Shown one piece after another: positions 41,204-51,923 of a DNA stretch of 64,000 bases. The stretch comes from Chrysomallon squamiferum (lineage: Eukaryota; Animalia; Mollusca). A model generated the notes under the pieces. It made no database searches, was not told the origin of the DNA, and saw only the letters and a program-made list of their open reading frames with translations. The DNA lies in contig CM022670.1 of NCBI GenBank assembly GCA_012295275.1, forward strand, positions 5,766,001 to 5,830,000. Direction: 5' to 3'. The position numbers were made by a program, and so were the translations under genes. Numbering within the stretch: the stretch's first letter is position 1; every line of letters begins with the position of its first letter.

Positions 41204-44200
41204 GTTAATGTTTAATACAAACAGTTATTTTAATGTTCATGTTATTATTGAGGACTGATTTGTAAAAAAATACTAAAAAGTCATAATTATGAAAATTAGT
41301 AATGAGTTCTTCTAGTACAAAAAAAAATGTATGAATTATATTTTATTATTATTATTTTTTATTATTTTTTTTTTTTTCTTTATCATTTTAACTGTATTTG
41401 AACTGATTTATAGAATTATAAAAGAAGGACAGTTTTAGATATTAAGTCACAAAGTAATTTATTTTAAAATTAAAACCACCGTCAAATGATTGATGAAATA
41501 TATTATAATTGTAATAAAACATTTGAAATAAAGATCCATGTTCAAATGAGATGTAAGTAAATTGTTAGGTTATGTGCAAGTGTCCACTTTAAACCAGTGA
41601 ATCACAATACCTGTTGTATTTACTCACATTTGTTCATTATAAACCAATATTCAACTCTGTATATCACTGACATAAGGAATATGGATTTTGTAAAACTCAG
41701 TAGTTGAAGAATAAAACTTAATCATTCAGTTAAATCAGTTCATTTCTATATTCTATATTTAAGGCTTTTTTCACATTGACATTCATGTAATTATTTCATT
41801 TATTTAGCTACTTCACCCTCATCTTCACCTCAGTCATCTACATCTCTAACCTCATTATTACTTTTTTCCCTTAAATAATATTTTAAATATGCTTATCTTT
41901 GATAAATGCTAAACTATATTTCATACAATAATTTTTATATTTTATTTGTTTACATTTTAAGTAAGTGTAACATCCATATATTGAAATGTTTACCATTGGA
42001 TAGTACTAACCTCTACTCTTGACATGTTACCTGACAAACTCTTGTAGACCCCAAGTCTATTTCAGGTATTCTGTGAGGTCATAACTATTTTGATAATAAT
42101 ACTAAGATAGCTTTATTTGACTTTATTACTCTCATTTGAAACATTATATTATTTATTATTCAGTCAGCTTTTAATTAGACAACATGAAGTATTACATTTT
42201 CTAATGTTTTGAAATATTTTTGTTGCTGAACAGTTTCAGAGCAGAAAATAGCTTCTGGTTCTCAACGAGGCAAGTATTATTTCTGTTGAGTTCACAGAGG
42301 CTGGACAATTTGTTATTTGTTTAAAAATACTGCTCCGTTTTAGGTTTTTGGAGGTTTTTAATTTATTTATTTTTTGTAGATTTTGGAGGGGGCATTGATG
42401 ATTTGAAAAAGTTTGTTTCATTACCATCTAAGCCTTATATGTTTATCTTTGATGAGATTAATCTTTAAAATTTAATAATTTTTATTTTTAATATCAAAAA
42501 CATTTTTAAAACAAATTTGTTGCTGATTCAATTTACTAGTTTGTTGTTTTTTATTGTAAGTCATTGCTACTGAGTTTGCCTTCAGTTCTTGGAGTATGGT
42601 GCACAAGCCCCTTATTGACCCCAAAACTATACCACAGATTCTGAGGTCAAAACAGTTGTCTTAATAAGACTTAAGACTTTATTAACCTTTTTTACTATCA
42701 TTTCAAACAGTAAATTATAGTTGGTGCTGAAAGGGTTAATTATTTTAGTCTTAATTTAGTCATCTTTTTCTCTCAACATGTTGAAGTTTTACATCTTTAT
42801 AAAGGTTTAAAGTATTTTTGTTGCTGAACAATTTCAGAGCAAAGATCAACTTCTGGTTCTCAACAAGGCAAGTATTGTATCAGCTGAATTCAGAGAGGCT
42901 GTAAAACCTATTTGTTTCAATTCATTTTGAAACACAATACTGTTTCAGTTTATGTTGTTTCAAAATGCTGTTACAGTTTGCCTTATTTCATAATGCCATT
43001 AAAAAATGTGTTCTGAGTTGTAAAATTATAATTAATAGAAAACTTAAATACACTTTTTATAATAATGCTTGAAGTTGTTTGGATTTTGTGATTTTATTTT
43101 ATTACATAGGTGGAAATTATTAAAATAGAACCATATCAATTCTAAAGTCACAAATTGATAAATACTTTTATTTTCCATTAATGGATATAGAAATGATGTA
43201 AGAAAGCTGGTGTAATACAAAAAGATATACATCTACACAGGTGTGATGACACTTTAACCATGTTGAACAGTATTAAAAAGTGTCTTTGTTCAGAAATAGT
43301 GATCTGACACTTATATTTCATTCAGTAACCTATAATTATTTCAAATGTCTTTCAGTACGTTCCACATCATATGAGTCTCTTTTTTTCTTCTGTTAAATCT
43401 AAAATCAGTTCATTTCTATATTCCGTATTTGTTTTTGTTATAATGATTAATTACTGTCACTTTGACATTCATATAATTATTTCATTTATTTAGCTGTTGC
43501 ACCAACATCATCACATAAGTCACCTACAGCTCTAACCTCATTATTACTTTTTTCTTTAAATAAAACAAAATATTTAAGTTGAGAAATATTAACTTAAATG
43601 TACATAAACTTTATCCAGTAATTTGCCAGGTACATTTTAAGTTGTTATAATCTGCATCACTTTATATTTTCATCTAGGACACAATCTAATATCTACACAC
43701 ACTATACACTATTTATCTTTGAACAGTACTACATTACTAACTTTTACTCTATATATATGTAGTGCCAAAAATCTTCTACTAACCTTAACAATTCCTTTTA
43801 CTAATAATATACAATTTTGGTAATTTCAAAAAATTCATAGTTTACCTTTGAACATTTCCTAGACCATTTCACGCTGGCTTGACATTGGTCAGGGAAAAGC
43901 CAGGCAGTTTTGGAAAATACTAACAGATGTCAGAGGAAATTGTATTTTCTTTATGGATGCATGATATTGTATATGTTTGTGAAATACTGTAGATAATGAA
44001 TAAAATTATAGGTTTAAAAACAACAATTTATATTTATTTCTAATCAAAGTATGGCACTGAAATGGCAGATTGATTGCAATTATTTAATTATATATCAGTG
44101 TTCCAAAATGTGAGTAATTGTTTATTTGTATATGCAGCAGTCAAGATTTGAAGTAATTCAGTTACCATGATTGGCTAAAACATTATGAATACATGGTTTA

Positions 44201-47200
44201 AGGAGGGAGAATATTAGTGATGATGGAGTTTGGTTCATAACTTATAATGATAATAGACAATTAATATTTAGTTTTTCTTTCTCATCAAAAAACTGCCAAG
44301 CAAAGTTGTATGTCCATTACTAATTATAGTCTGTAAACAGTGAACAGTTTGTGAAACAGTGCATGACCATTTACAATTTCCCATAACATAAACAACACAT
44401 TTCCCCAAATCAGTTTATTCCCCATTTTAGTCTTAGCATGTTTACTTTTGATCAGCATTAACTTCCATATACCTAACATATTTACCTTTGAGTAATGCTA
44501 ATCTCCACACTTAATGTTTACCTTTGAGTAATACTAATCTCCACACTTAATGTTTACCTTTGAGTAATGCTAATCTCCACACTTAATGTTTACCTTTGAG
44601 TAATGCTAATCTCCACACTTAATGTTTACTTTTGAGTAATGCTAATCTCCACACTTAATGTTTACCTTTGAGTAATACTAATCTCCACACTTAATGTTTA
44701 CCTTTGAGTAATACTAATCTCCAAACTTAATGTTTACTTTTGAGTAATACTAATCTCCACACTTAATGTTTACCTTTGAGTAATACTAATCTCCACACTT
44801 AATGTTTACCTTTGAGTAATACTAATCTCCACACTTAATGTTTACTTTTGAGTAATGCTAATCTCCACACTTAATGTTTACCTTTGAGTAATGCTAATCT
44901 CCACACTTAATGTTTACCTTTGAGTAATGCTAATCTCCACACTTAATGTTTACTTTTTGAGTAATGCTAATCTCCACACTTAATGTTTACCTTTGAGTAA
45001 TACTAATCTCCACACTTAATGTTTACCTTTGAGTAATGCTAATCTCCACACTTAATGTTTACCTTTGAGTAATGCTAATCTCCACACTTAATGTTTACCT
45101 TTGAGTAATGCTAATCTCCACACTTAATGTTTACTTTTGAGTAATGCTAATCTCCACACTTAATGTTTACCTTTGAGTAATACTAATCTCCACACTTAAT
45201 GTTTACCTTTGAGTAATACTAATCTCCACACTTAATGTTTGCCTTTGAGTAATACTAATCTGAACATACTGTACTTTTTTATCTTTTAGTAACAGTAATT
45301 TCTATATTTTATATGTTTGCTTTGTTTAACTTTACACAGTACATACAATTAGCCATACTCTTTTTAGTGAATATTCACAAACAGAAAGTCATTTACATCA
45401 CCTTAAAACTCTTTATTGCCTCTAATTACATCTGAATTCATCGAAAAATATCAGTGTAGTGAAATGTTTTTAAACACAGTTAAGCTGTTTTACTCAATAT
45501 TTTGAAGTATAGAGGACTTCTGTTGTAATTTTTATTGGTAAACAATTTCAGAGGGTAAAAAAGGTTCTAGTTCTAAAAAGCATGGCAAGTATCACTTCAG
45601 TTCAATTCAGAACAGGGTGGAAATCTTTTTGTTTGAAGTTTGCTTAACAAATAATTAATTTCAATTATTTAAACATGTTTGCTTTTTCTTTTTCTTTTTT
45701 TTTCTTTTCTTTTATTTCTTTTTTTTCTGTTTTGTTTTTTGCTTCTTTTTTTCACTTTTTTTTGTTGTTTTTGTTTTGGAAGATGTTCTGTGAGTATTGT
45801 TTCTTGTTTTGTTTTTTTCACAATTTTGTTCCATTTACTTTTTATTGTTTACAGGTTTTTGTTTTTGTTTCTTTCTTAGTTTGTTTTTTGGGGAGTTCTT
45901 TTTTTTTATCATTATTATTATTTTTAGGATTTGTTTTGGGTGGGTTCATTACAAAAAGCTTATTTTGACTTCTGATTGTATGCAAGTTAATATTATGAAC
46001 TTAAAAAACAACAGTTGACTTTTAAACTTTTCTTTATATTCTTTTTTTATTTTTTTTATTTTTATTTTTTTCTATACCTTTATCCTAATTTACTTTCCAG
46101 TAATTGCAAAAAGAAATTTAAATTAAAAAAAATTATCATAAACAATTTCCATACACTGTATTATCATAGAACCTCAAAATCAGCTAAATTAAACCAGGTT
46201 TTAAACAGCAATTGTGCTATAATTATTTTCTGATACTTTAAATGTTTGCTTAGCTAAACCAACTAAACACGGGTGCATAGCCTATGACATGGTCATTATA
46301 AAAATATCAGCCTGTAATTCACATTTGTCTACATCATGGTATTTATAAAGATATCAAACTGTGTATGTTGTCATTTGTTACATGATGTTCATACTAGACT
46401 GGTTTTTCATACAGTAAACATTGAATTTCTATTATTATTATATTTATTATCTGCTAGAAATATGAGGTTATTTTAAAATTAAAATCAGCTTTGTTAACTG
46501 ATGAAAAGTAAAACAATCTGATAGAAAGTCAGACAAAAAGCTAAGGAAAGAGAGAAAATAAGACATGACGAATCAATAATCAGTGAAACAACCAGGGTCA
46601 ATCAATGCATTAAAAAACAAACATGAGTATTGAAGAAGTATTGAAAAAAAAAGTGCTTGTAAAAACTTGTATGAAAAGGAAAAATAAAAATAAAGGCCAA
46701 TTATGTTTTTTAGTTTAAAAGTGTCAAACATATTGTAAATTTCAGTAGACATCTTTGTTTTACGTATTGTTTGGTAGGTGCTTGTTTGCTTTCACACAAT
46801 AAATGCTTTGGCTACTGGTGTACAAAATAATAGCAAATACTTGAAATATATGTGTGTGTGTGTGTGTGTGGTTCCTCTGAAGCAGTGTTTTCAATCTTTT
46901 TGTTTCGCTATATTAACTTCTCTCTTCTTTTTTTTTAATTCTTTTTCATCACTTTTGTGAGTTGTTTTGTTTGTTTGTGTGTATTTTTCTTTGCATTTCC
47001 CAGAGGTCTGAACTTGTTTTCACTTTTCATTTGTTTGTATTGTAATTTTAATGGGTTTGTTTGTTGTTGTTTTTTTTTTTTTTTTTTTTTTACAAACATA
47101 GACCCAAATACAAACACACTTTCTTATTAATATAATGTGAAGCCAGGTATTTTAGATACTAAATGAATTATTTGCAGAGGGAGATGGGTTGCTATGGTGA

Positions 47201-48434
47201 CTGTATTGTTTTAATGCATGCCAAAACAGAAGGACTGAAAGAAAAATAGTTTTAAATATTACCATATGTTTGACATCTGTTTCATTTGCCTTGGTATTTT
47301 TTAAGTTCCACTTCATATCTCATTTAAAAATTTCACAAATAGTATCTTTATTAAAAATATCAGATAGTTTTTGAATAATGACACAAACAAGACTTTCAAC
47401 AGGACAGATAATAGTTTAATAACAACACAGGTAACCCTCTTTAACAGTAATGTAAAAACCTGCAACAATAACAAAAAGCATGTGTTATAATATATATTAA
47501 AATATGTACATTGTTTTGTTGAGTTTATCTATTTTCATTCACATTATTAACTTTATATGTTAATTTTTGTTTGGGGGGAGTTCAGATAGTTAAGAATAAA
47601 TATATTTAATTAGCATAAAGAAATATTTCTGAGAAATAAAAAGTAACATGTTATAATAGGGTTACATAATGTGTTATATTTTGTATTTGTTGTGATTTGT
47701 GGTTATTGAAATAGTGGTAAGTAGTTCATACAGTAATTTAAACAATAATTATTTAAAGATTTGTATACGTTTGTATATTTTCTTTTTTATGCAGATGGGT
47801 ATGCTTTCTCCCAGGAAGAACATGGAGTGGTGGGACAGGTCAGTGCTAAACACATTTGTATTATTTCTCAAACAGTTAAAAACTTGCATGTAACTTTTTT
47901 TAAGTTCTTAAATATCTCTCTCTACAATTCATATTAAGAAAATTGATTTTGTTTTAATTTATTTTTTTTTTAAATTGCTTTCATCAATAAATACATTATA
48001 ATTTACTTTTGTGAAAACGTTTTTATTATTTTGATAATGTTATGTGAAAATATTAGTTCACCATTTTGTTATATTTGTGCATTATAAGTTGATTTGTTAA
48101 ATTTGAGTATTCTTAAATGAGAAATATTGTGAAAAATAATTACAGAATCATAAAGATGTGAAATAATGTGAATAATGTTCTTTTAAACTGAGTTATGGAA
48201 TATTTTAGACATGTTTGTATAATATCTTGTTACTGAGCACTGTTTCAATAGGTCTTACAGAAGACACAGTCACTCTGTTAATATCAGAGAACATTATTTT
48301 GATACAATCTGTTACTCTGTGTTATTAACATGTAGTCATTCTAGTAATATTTATAGACTCAGTATATGTCTTTAGTACATTCAGTTTCTCACTGATGTTG
48401 ACAGACTCAACCAAGGTATTGTATTTAGTAAACT

Positions 48435-48472
<38 letters not shown>

Positions 48473-48699
48473 CATTGGTAGACTCAGTAAATGTACATAG
48501 TTGGTAAACTGTCTGTTTATGTAGCGTTGGTAGACTCAGTCTGTAAATGTAGATGGTTCACTCTGTGTGTGTGTGTGTGTGTGTGTGTAATTATATATAT
48601 ATATATATACACACACACATATATAATGATCTGTTTATTTTTCAGTCGGATGTTATCCGAGCATATGACACAAGAAAAGGAAAGCCAAAAGGCTATTAG
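4499..48699 (+). CDS. ATP8A1: P4-ATPase aminophospholipid flippase, ATP8A1/ATP8A2 (Drs2-like) ortholog, about 1152 aa without optional microexons
   Basis: Core exons: 4499-4544, 12113-12230, 12528-12627, 12935-13033, 13333-13378, 13716-13830, 14456-14525, 14868-14995, 15268-15338, 15552-15649, 15962-16070, 16261-16388, 16768-16845, 17266-17354, 17652-17718, 18121-18232, 18367-18449, 18643-18692, 18943-19012, 19306-19390, 19553-19692 (GC donor), 19939-19986, 20319-20409, 20587-20651, 20908-20997, 21278-21360, 21955-22138, 22313-22423, 22963-23037 or 23398-23472, 24272-24394, 24658-24736, 24882-24943, 25310-25366, 25594-25701, 25987-26075, 26250-26351, 26854-26945, 47795-47838, 48646-48699 (TAG). 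The frame is continuous. Motifs: IQQIP (QQ, PS-flippase type), [42 protein letters not shown]. Confidence 0.96.
7026..7355. repeat. Minisatellite, ~50-55-bp unit, about 6 copies, in ATP8A intron 1
   Basis: Recurring CAGTAAACATCAAACAGGAAATCAGATATAATTAAATTTTT. Confidence 0.85.
10270..10620. repeat. Degenerate ~20-23-bp tandem repeat
   Basis: Recurring TGTGTTAAATATATACAGTGC-like units. These explain ORF 10457-10696. Confidence 0.7.
10769..10799 (+). CDS. ATP8A1: Probable alternative first coding exon of ATP8A ([10 protein letters not shown])
   Basis: Strong Kozak context AAACCATGG, a 31-nt open stretch and a CAG|GTACCT donor in phase 1. This is the same phase as exon 4499-4544, so it joins exon 12113 in frame. 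Confidence 0.5.
21549..21880. repeat. Minisatellite, ~40-42-bp unit, about 8 copies
   Basis: Recurring TTAACTAGTCTCTGATTACAGAACACTGATCAGTGTTTTGTG. Confidence 0.85.
22963..23037 (+). CDS. ATP8A1: ATP8A mutually exclusive exon a ([25 protein letters not shown])
   Basis: TTTCAG|75 nt|GTATGT, phase 0-0, homologous to 23398-23472. Confidence 0.85.
23398..23472 (+). CDS. ATP8A1: ATP8A mutually exclusive exon b ([25 protein letters not shown])
   Basis: GGCAG|75 nt|GTATGT, phase 0-0. Many synonymous differences from exon a while [15 protein letters not shown] is preserved. Confidence 0.85.
24961..25322 (+). repeat. 36-bp tandem repeat made of a 3' splice site plus the first codons of the exon, 10 copies
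   Basis: Unit TTGTATTTTCAG|TATGTAGTTGTTACATTGTTTTAC. AGs end at 24987, 25021, 25057, 25093, 25129, 25165, 25201, 25237, 25273 and 25309. Confidence 0.95.
25403..25484. repeat. Near-perfect inverted repeat (40-bp arms, 2 mismatches)
   Basis: AAAATGATAGAATGAGGGAGAGGTTATAACTCACATGTAT-TT-ATACATGTCAGTTATAACCTCTCCCTCAATCTATCATTTT. Confidence 0.9.
27298..43514 (+). CDS. ATP8A1: Family A candidate microexons (21 nt, phase 1-1, Ser/Pro-rich), 10 copies
   Basis: All follow AATTATTTCATTTATTYAG. Copies with a GTAAGT donor: 27298-27318, 32031-32051, 33562-33582, 34952-34972, 38177-38197, 39769-39789. GCAAGT donor: 30624-30644. Broken donors: 36622-36642 (TTAAGT), 41808-41828 (CTCAGT), 43494-43514 (ATAAGT). 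The phase matches flanking exons 26854-26945 and 47795-47838. Confidence 0.7.
27555..27970. repeat. Minisatellite, ~38-bp unit, about 10 copies
   Basis: Recurring GAATAACTGTAAACTCTTTACTTTGTAAATGTTACATT. Confidence 0.9.
29345..29550. repeat. Degenerate short tandem repeat (ATACTCATCTT core)
   Basis: Direct reading. This explains ORF 29317-29514. Confidence 0.75.
29600..43800. repeat. Intronic tandem segmental duplication, about 9 modules of ~1.4-2.0 kb
   Basis: Shared blocks recur in the same order, e.g. GACATTCATGTAATTATTTCATTTATTTAG, AAAAGCTCTTTGTTGTCC, GAGATCAGAAT, TGCTGAACAATTTCAG and TTTTGACAGAAAATG. Near-identical ORFs occur at 32203, 33735 and 35125. Confidence 0.95.
31274..45584 (+). 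CDS. ATP8A1: Family B candidate microexons (27/30/33 nt, phase 1-1, GC donors), 11 copies
   Basis: TTTCAG|exon|GCAAGT at 31274-31303, 32676-32705, 34137-34166, 35613-35642, 37237-37266, 38937-38963 (27 nt), 40669-40698, 41025-41054, 42240-42269, 42838-42867 and 45552-45584 (33 nt). All are multiples of 3 and stop-free in phase 1. Consensus (Q/E)QKLASGSQ(Q/R). Confidence 0.6.
41155..41203. repeat. (TTA)n microsatellite
   Basis: Direct reading of the sequence. Confidence 0.9.
44481..45261. repeat. Homogeneous 36-bp minisatellite, about 21 copies
   Basis: Unit TTTACCTTTGAGTAAT(G/A)CTAATCTCCACACTTAATG. Period 36 (CCTTTGAG at 44485, 44521, 44557 and onward). Confidence 0.97.
48437..48620. repeat. 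(TA)n, (TG)n and (CA)n microsatellites in the last ATP8A intron
   Basis: Direct reading of the sequence. Confidence 0.9.
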
Positions 48700-49765
48700 T
48701 TTCAACATGATCTCACTGAGTTAACAGTATTTTCTCATCAGTATGTGACAGATGTCTAGAGAGCTACATCATAAACTGTAATATGTGAAAAACCACTACC
48801 CAGCTATTGAAGTATTTTGTCTATGATAAAAAAAATTAACTCAAAGTATTTACTGACAATTTCTTTTTGCACTTTTAATGCAATTTAAACTTTGAAACTG
48901 TATTTCATTTGATTTTGATTTTGATTTTGGGGTTTTTTGTTTGTTTGTTGTTTTTGTTTTTACTTGTTAAATCTAATTAAACTTATAATATGTTTATACA
49001 TTTATTATTCCATCATTTCTGTTTAGTAAGATTTTTAGAAGTTTCATCAAACAGCTGACAGAAATTTTGGTTTTAAAATGAAATTTTTTATCATTTTTCT
49101 TTTTTTTCCTCTGTTTATTTGTTTATTTTGTTTAACTTTGTGCATATTGGGTGCTTTTTATGAGAATCTGTATACTATATTGCAGCTTGTATTTACAATG
49201 TTTCTCAGATATCATAACAAAAAAACTAAAAAAAAAAAAAAATTCCATCATTAAAAATTGTCATCTGAAAATTAAAATTCAATATATTTGCTTTGTATAT
49301 TATTTAAATTATTTAATTTTAATATAATCATCCTAGTCACTTGTTAATAAACTTTCTGCTTGTAGGTTAAAACTACAGTAGTGTATCATTAGTAGCAACA
49401 TTCCACTGTTATACAGAAATTTAAATATTTAATGTTGTCAGTTGTCTCCAAACAACTGTTGTAATCCAAATTAAATATGTATTTTCTGTTTTTTTAAATT
49501 TTATAAGGAATTAGCATTTTGTGTGAAATTTTTCCTTTATATGTGCAATCAAATGTTTTCTTTAGTTGATGTGTATAATATTTTGTATTTATATCTTATT
49601 TTTATTGAAATATACTCAAAATTTTATCTTTTCTTTCATTTCATATAGTTAATTTGTGATTGTTTTTTAATCTGTCCTTTCTTTCATTTCACTGAGTTGT
49701 GACTAACATTTAGAAATCACTTGACACTTTACTCTGATTAGTTACCTGTTTGTGTTCTGTAGTGT

Positions 49766-49862
49766 TAGAGATATCGATCTTGGAACATTTCTCTAGTACT
49801 AGAGATAGCCATCTTGGAACATTTCTCTAGTATTAGAGATAGCCATGCTGGAACAGTTCTCT
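49766..49862. repeat. 34-bp tandem repeat, 3 copies, downstream of the ATP8A stop codon
   Basis: TAGAGATAGCCATCTTGGAACATTTCTCTAGTAC-like units starting at 49766, 49800 and 49834. Confidence 0.85.
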
Positions 49863-51878
49863 GGTGTTTTGTCAAAAATAAACCAATGCTCCCACATGCT
49901 ACAGAACATCAGCAAAATTTAATTTGTTATTTTTATAATAATGAATTAGAATTTCCAATTTAATTATCTCTGGTTTATGAAGTATGTACAAATCTTTGTT
50001 TTCACTTTATTAAGTACTAATCTCACATACCTAGTACTTTTTACTAAGTTTTAAACATTTTCCATACAGATATGTGTATTATTTCAAATCTTCTCTTCAA
50101 TGTGAATTCCTCAGGTGAAACAAAAGTTTGAAATGAAAAATAAACCATTTATGTCAGATAAAAACTTTAAAATTAAGGAAAACAGAACTTGTTTAAAAAA
50201 TACTAATTTATATTACAATTCAATTGTAACATAACAATAACAAAAACTAATAACAATAGCAGCAGCTATAACAAATATTATTATACTCTATAATTCAAAA
50301 AGTATCCAGTATATAGTGAAGATATTGTTTGGAGATTCTTATTTTCGTTAAAGGCAAACTAAACATGAAGGGGAGAAAGATATCTAAAGAAGTCGAGACT
50401 ATGATAATGTGCCAAACTACAACCTTAATTGAGACAAAATTGTCTTCTAATATAGTATTCTGAAAAAAGTACAGTTAAGAATTTATTTTAACCTCCTTGA
50501 CCTTATACAGGAATAATAAACTAGCCAAATATTGAAATAATTTGTAAATCATTTAATATTTATTTGTACAGAACTTTTCAGAGATGTGTAAAAAGAGTTT
50601 GTCTCATACACAGTTCAGTTTTAGTGCTATTGTTGTCATCTCTTTAAAATGTTTTATTGAAATTACTGTAGTACAAAGCATGCAGTGTGTATGTTTATGT
50701 TTCCATCGTGTATGTGTTTTTAAGATATAACAATTTCCTGTATTTTATAATCTCCAACCAAAGAGTCTGAAGTGTTTGCCTTATACAAATGATATTTTTC
50801 TAACATCACACACAGATTAAACTGTAGCACAGTCTTTGTATCATTCAGCTAATCCAACTTTTTCTGTTATATATACATTTTATCTGTATATTATCTATAT
50901 TTCACTCAATAATATCATTTGAAGGAAATTTTGTGCATTATGTAACAGAGATATAAAATAGATTTGTACATAAAATATAGAAATGACAGACACAGCTTGG
51001 TCTCAAGCAGCCAAGTGTGTGAAAGAGATGGATCTTGCCATTTCAATCAAAAAATACCTCAGCTAATTAAACAACAAAAAAAACAGAACACCATAGGAAA
51101 ATTGAGGTCCATGGTAATTTACACTTTTTAAATTACTAACTGAAAAAAGAAAAATAATAAAAATGTTTACCTAAATATTTATTAAATAACTTTATCATTA
51201 GTTCAAGTTTCAACAGTGATTTTTCTGTTGTACTAACAATACAGGGTCTAATTTCATAACAAATCAATGTGCCATTATTAATAACATTGTTTGTCTTATT
51301 GTATATGTGTTAACTCATTTAGGTTTATGGCCATGAATGTGTTTTATAAAGATTATGTAATTTACCCCCCCCTCTTAGTTGACTCAGAAATTGCTCAGTT
51401 TTGCCATAGTACATTAATTTTGTAAATCTAATTATTTTTAACTTTGTAGATTTTATTTTAAGTGTCACTGTGGTCAGTGGTTTATCAGTCTGATACTGTG
51501 ATGATCACTTTATTCAGGTACATCTGCACCAAGTTCTCTACTTGTTCTACAGCTTCCAGTTTTTATTATTTGTAATTAGTGGTCAAATCAGTTTGATTTG
51601 TGCAGTTCATTTGAAAGCGCTACAGAATCATGACATGAAATTGTTTGCTGTTGTGCAAACTGTATATATGTTCTGATTTTTTGGTGTTTTTTCCCCCCAT
51701 TTTGTCATATTTGTAATTTCTTTTTAAATAAAAATAAAACTTATTCCACCTTAATAGGGTTTTTCTTGTTTTGTTTTTGATATATAAAAAGGTCAAACTT
51801 GAATGTAATGAGATATTTGTTTTAAAAATTTTAAAAGTATAATTTTCAATAGTTTGAAGGAATACATTTTTATTTATA

Positions 51879-51923
<45 letters not shown>

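Noticed and set aside
29980-41560. Recurrent AT|GTAAGT donor-like site in several modules (about 30005, 31553, 36160, 37690, 41553) as a third microexon family
   Set aside because: The nearest acceptor gives 19 nt (a frameshift), it is absent from several modules, and longer options contain stops.
29600-43800. Array as a transposon cluster or an assembly artefact
   Set aside because: I saw no terminal inverted repeats, LTRs or transposase/RT coding sequence. The modules carry distinct substitutions and indels over a range of divergences, consistent with real tandem duplication, although exact copy number needs long reads.
44481-45261. 36-bp repeat array as a CRISPR array
   Set aside because: Units are head-to-tail with no unique spacers, the context is a eukaryotic intron and there are no cas genes. 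It is a minisatellite.
45675-47117. Phe/Leu-rich ORFs here and at 15772, 24439, 28623 and 62328
   Set aside because: These are translations of T-rich low-complexity intronic or intergenic DNA.
47178-47200. TTTGCAG|AGGGAGATGGGTTGCTATG|GTGACT as an extra exon
   Set aside because: It is 19 nt and not frame-preserving, with a weak donor. Read-through would stop after 7 codons. No supporting evidence.
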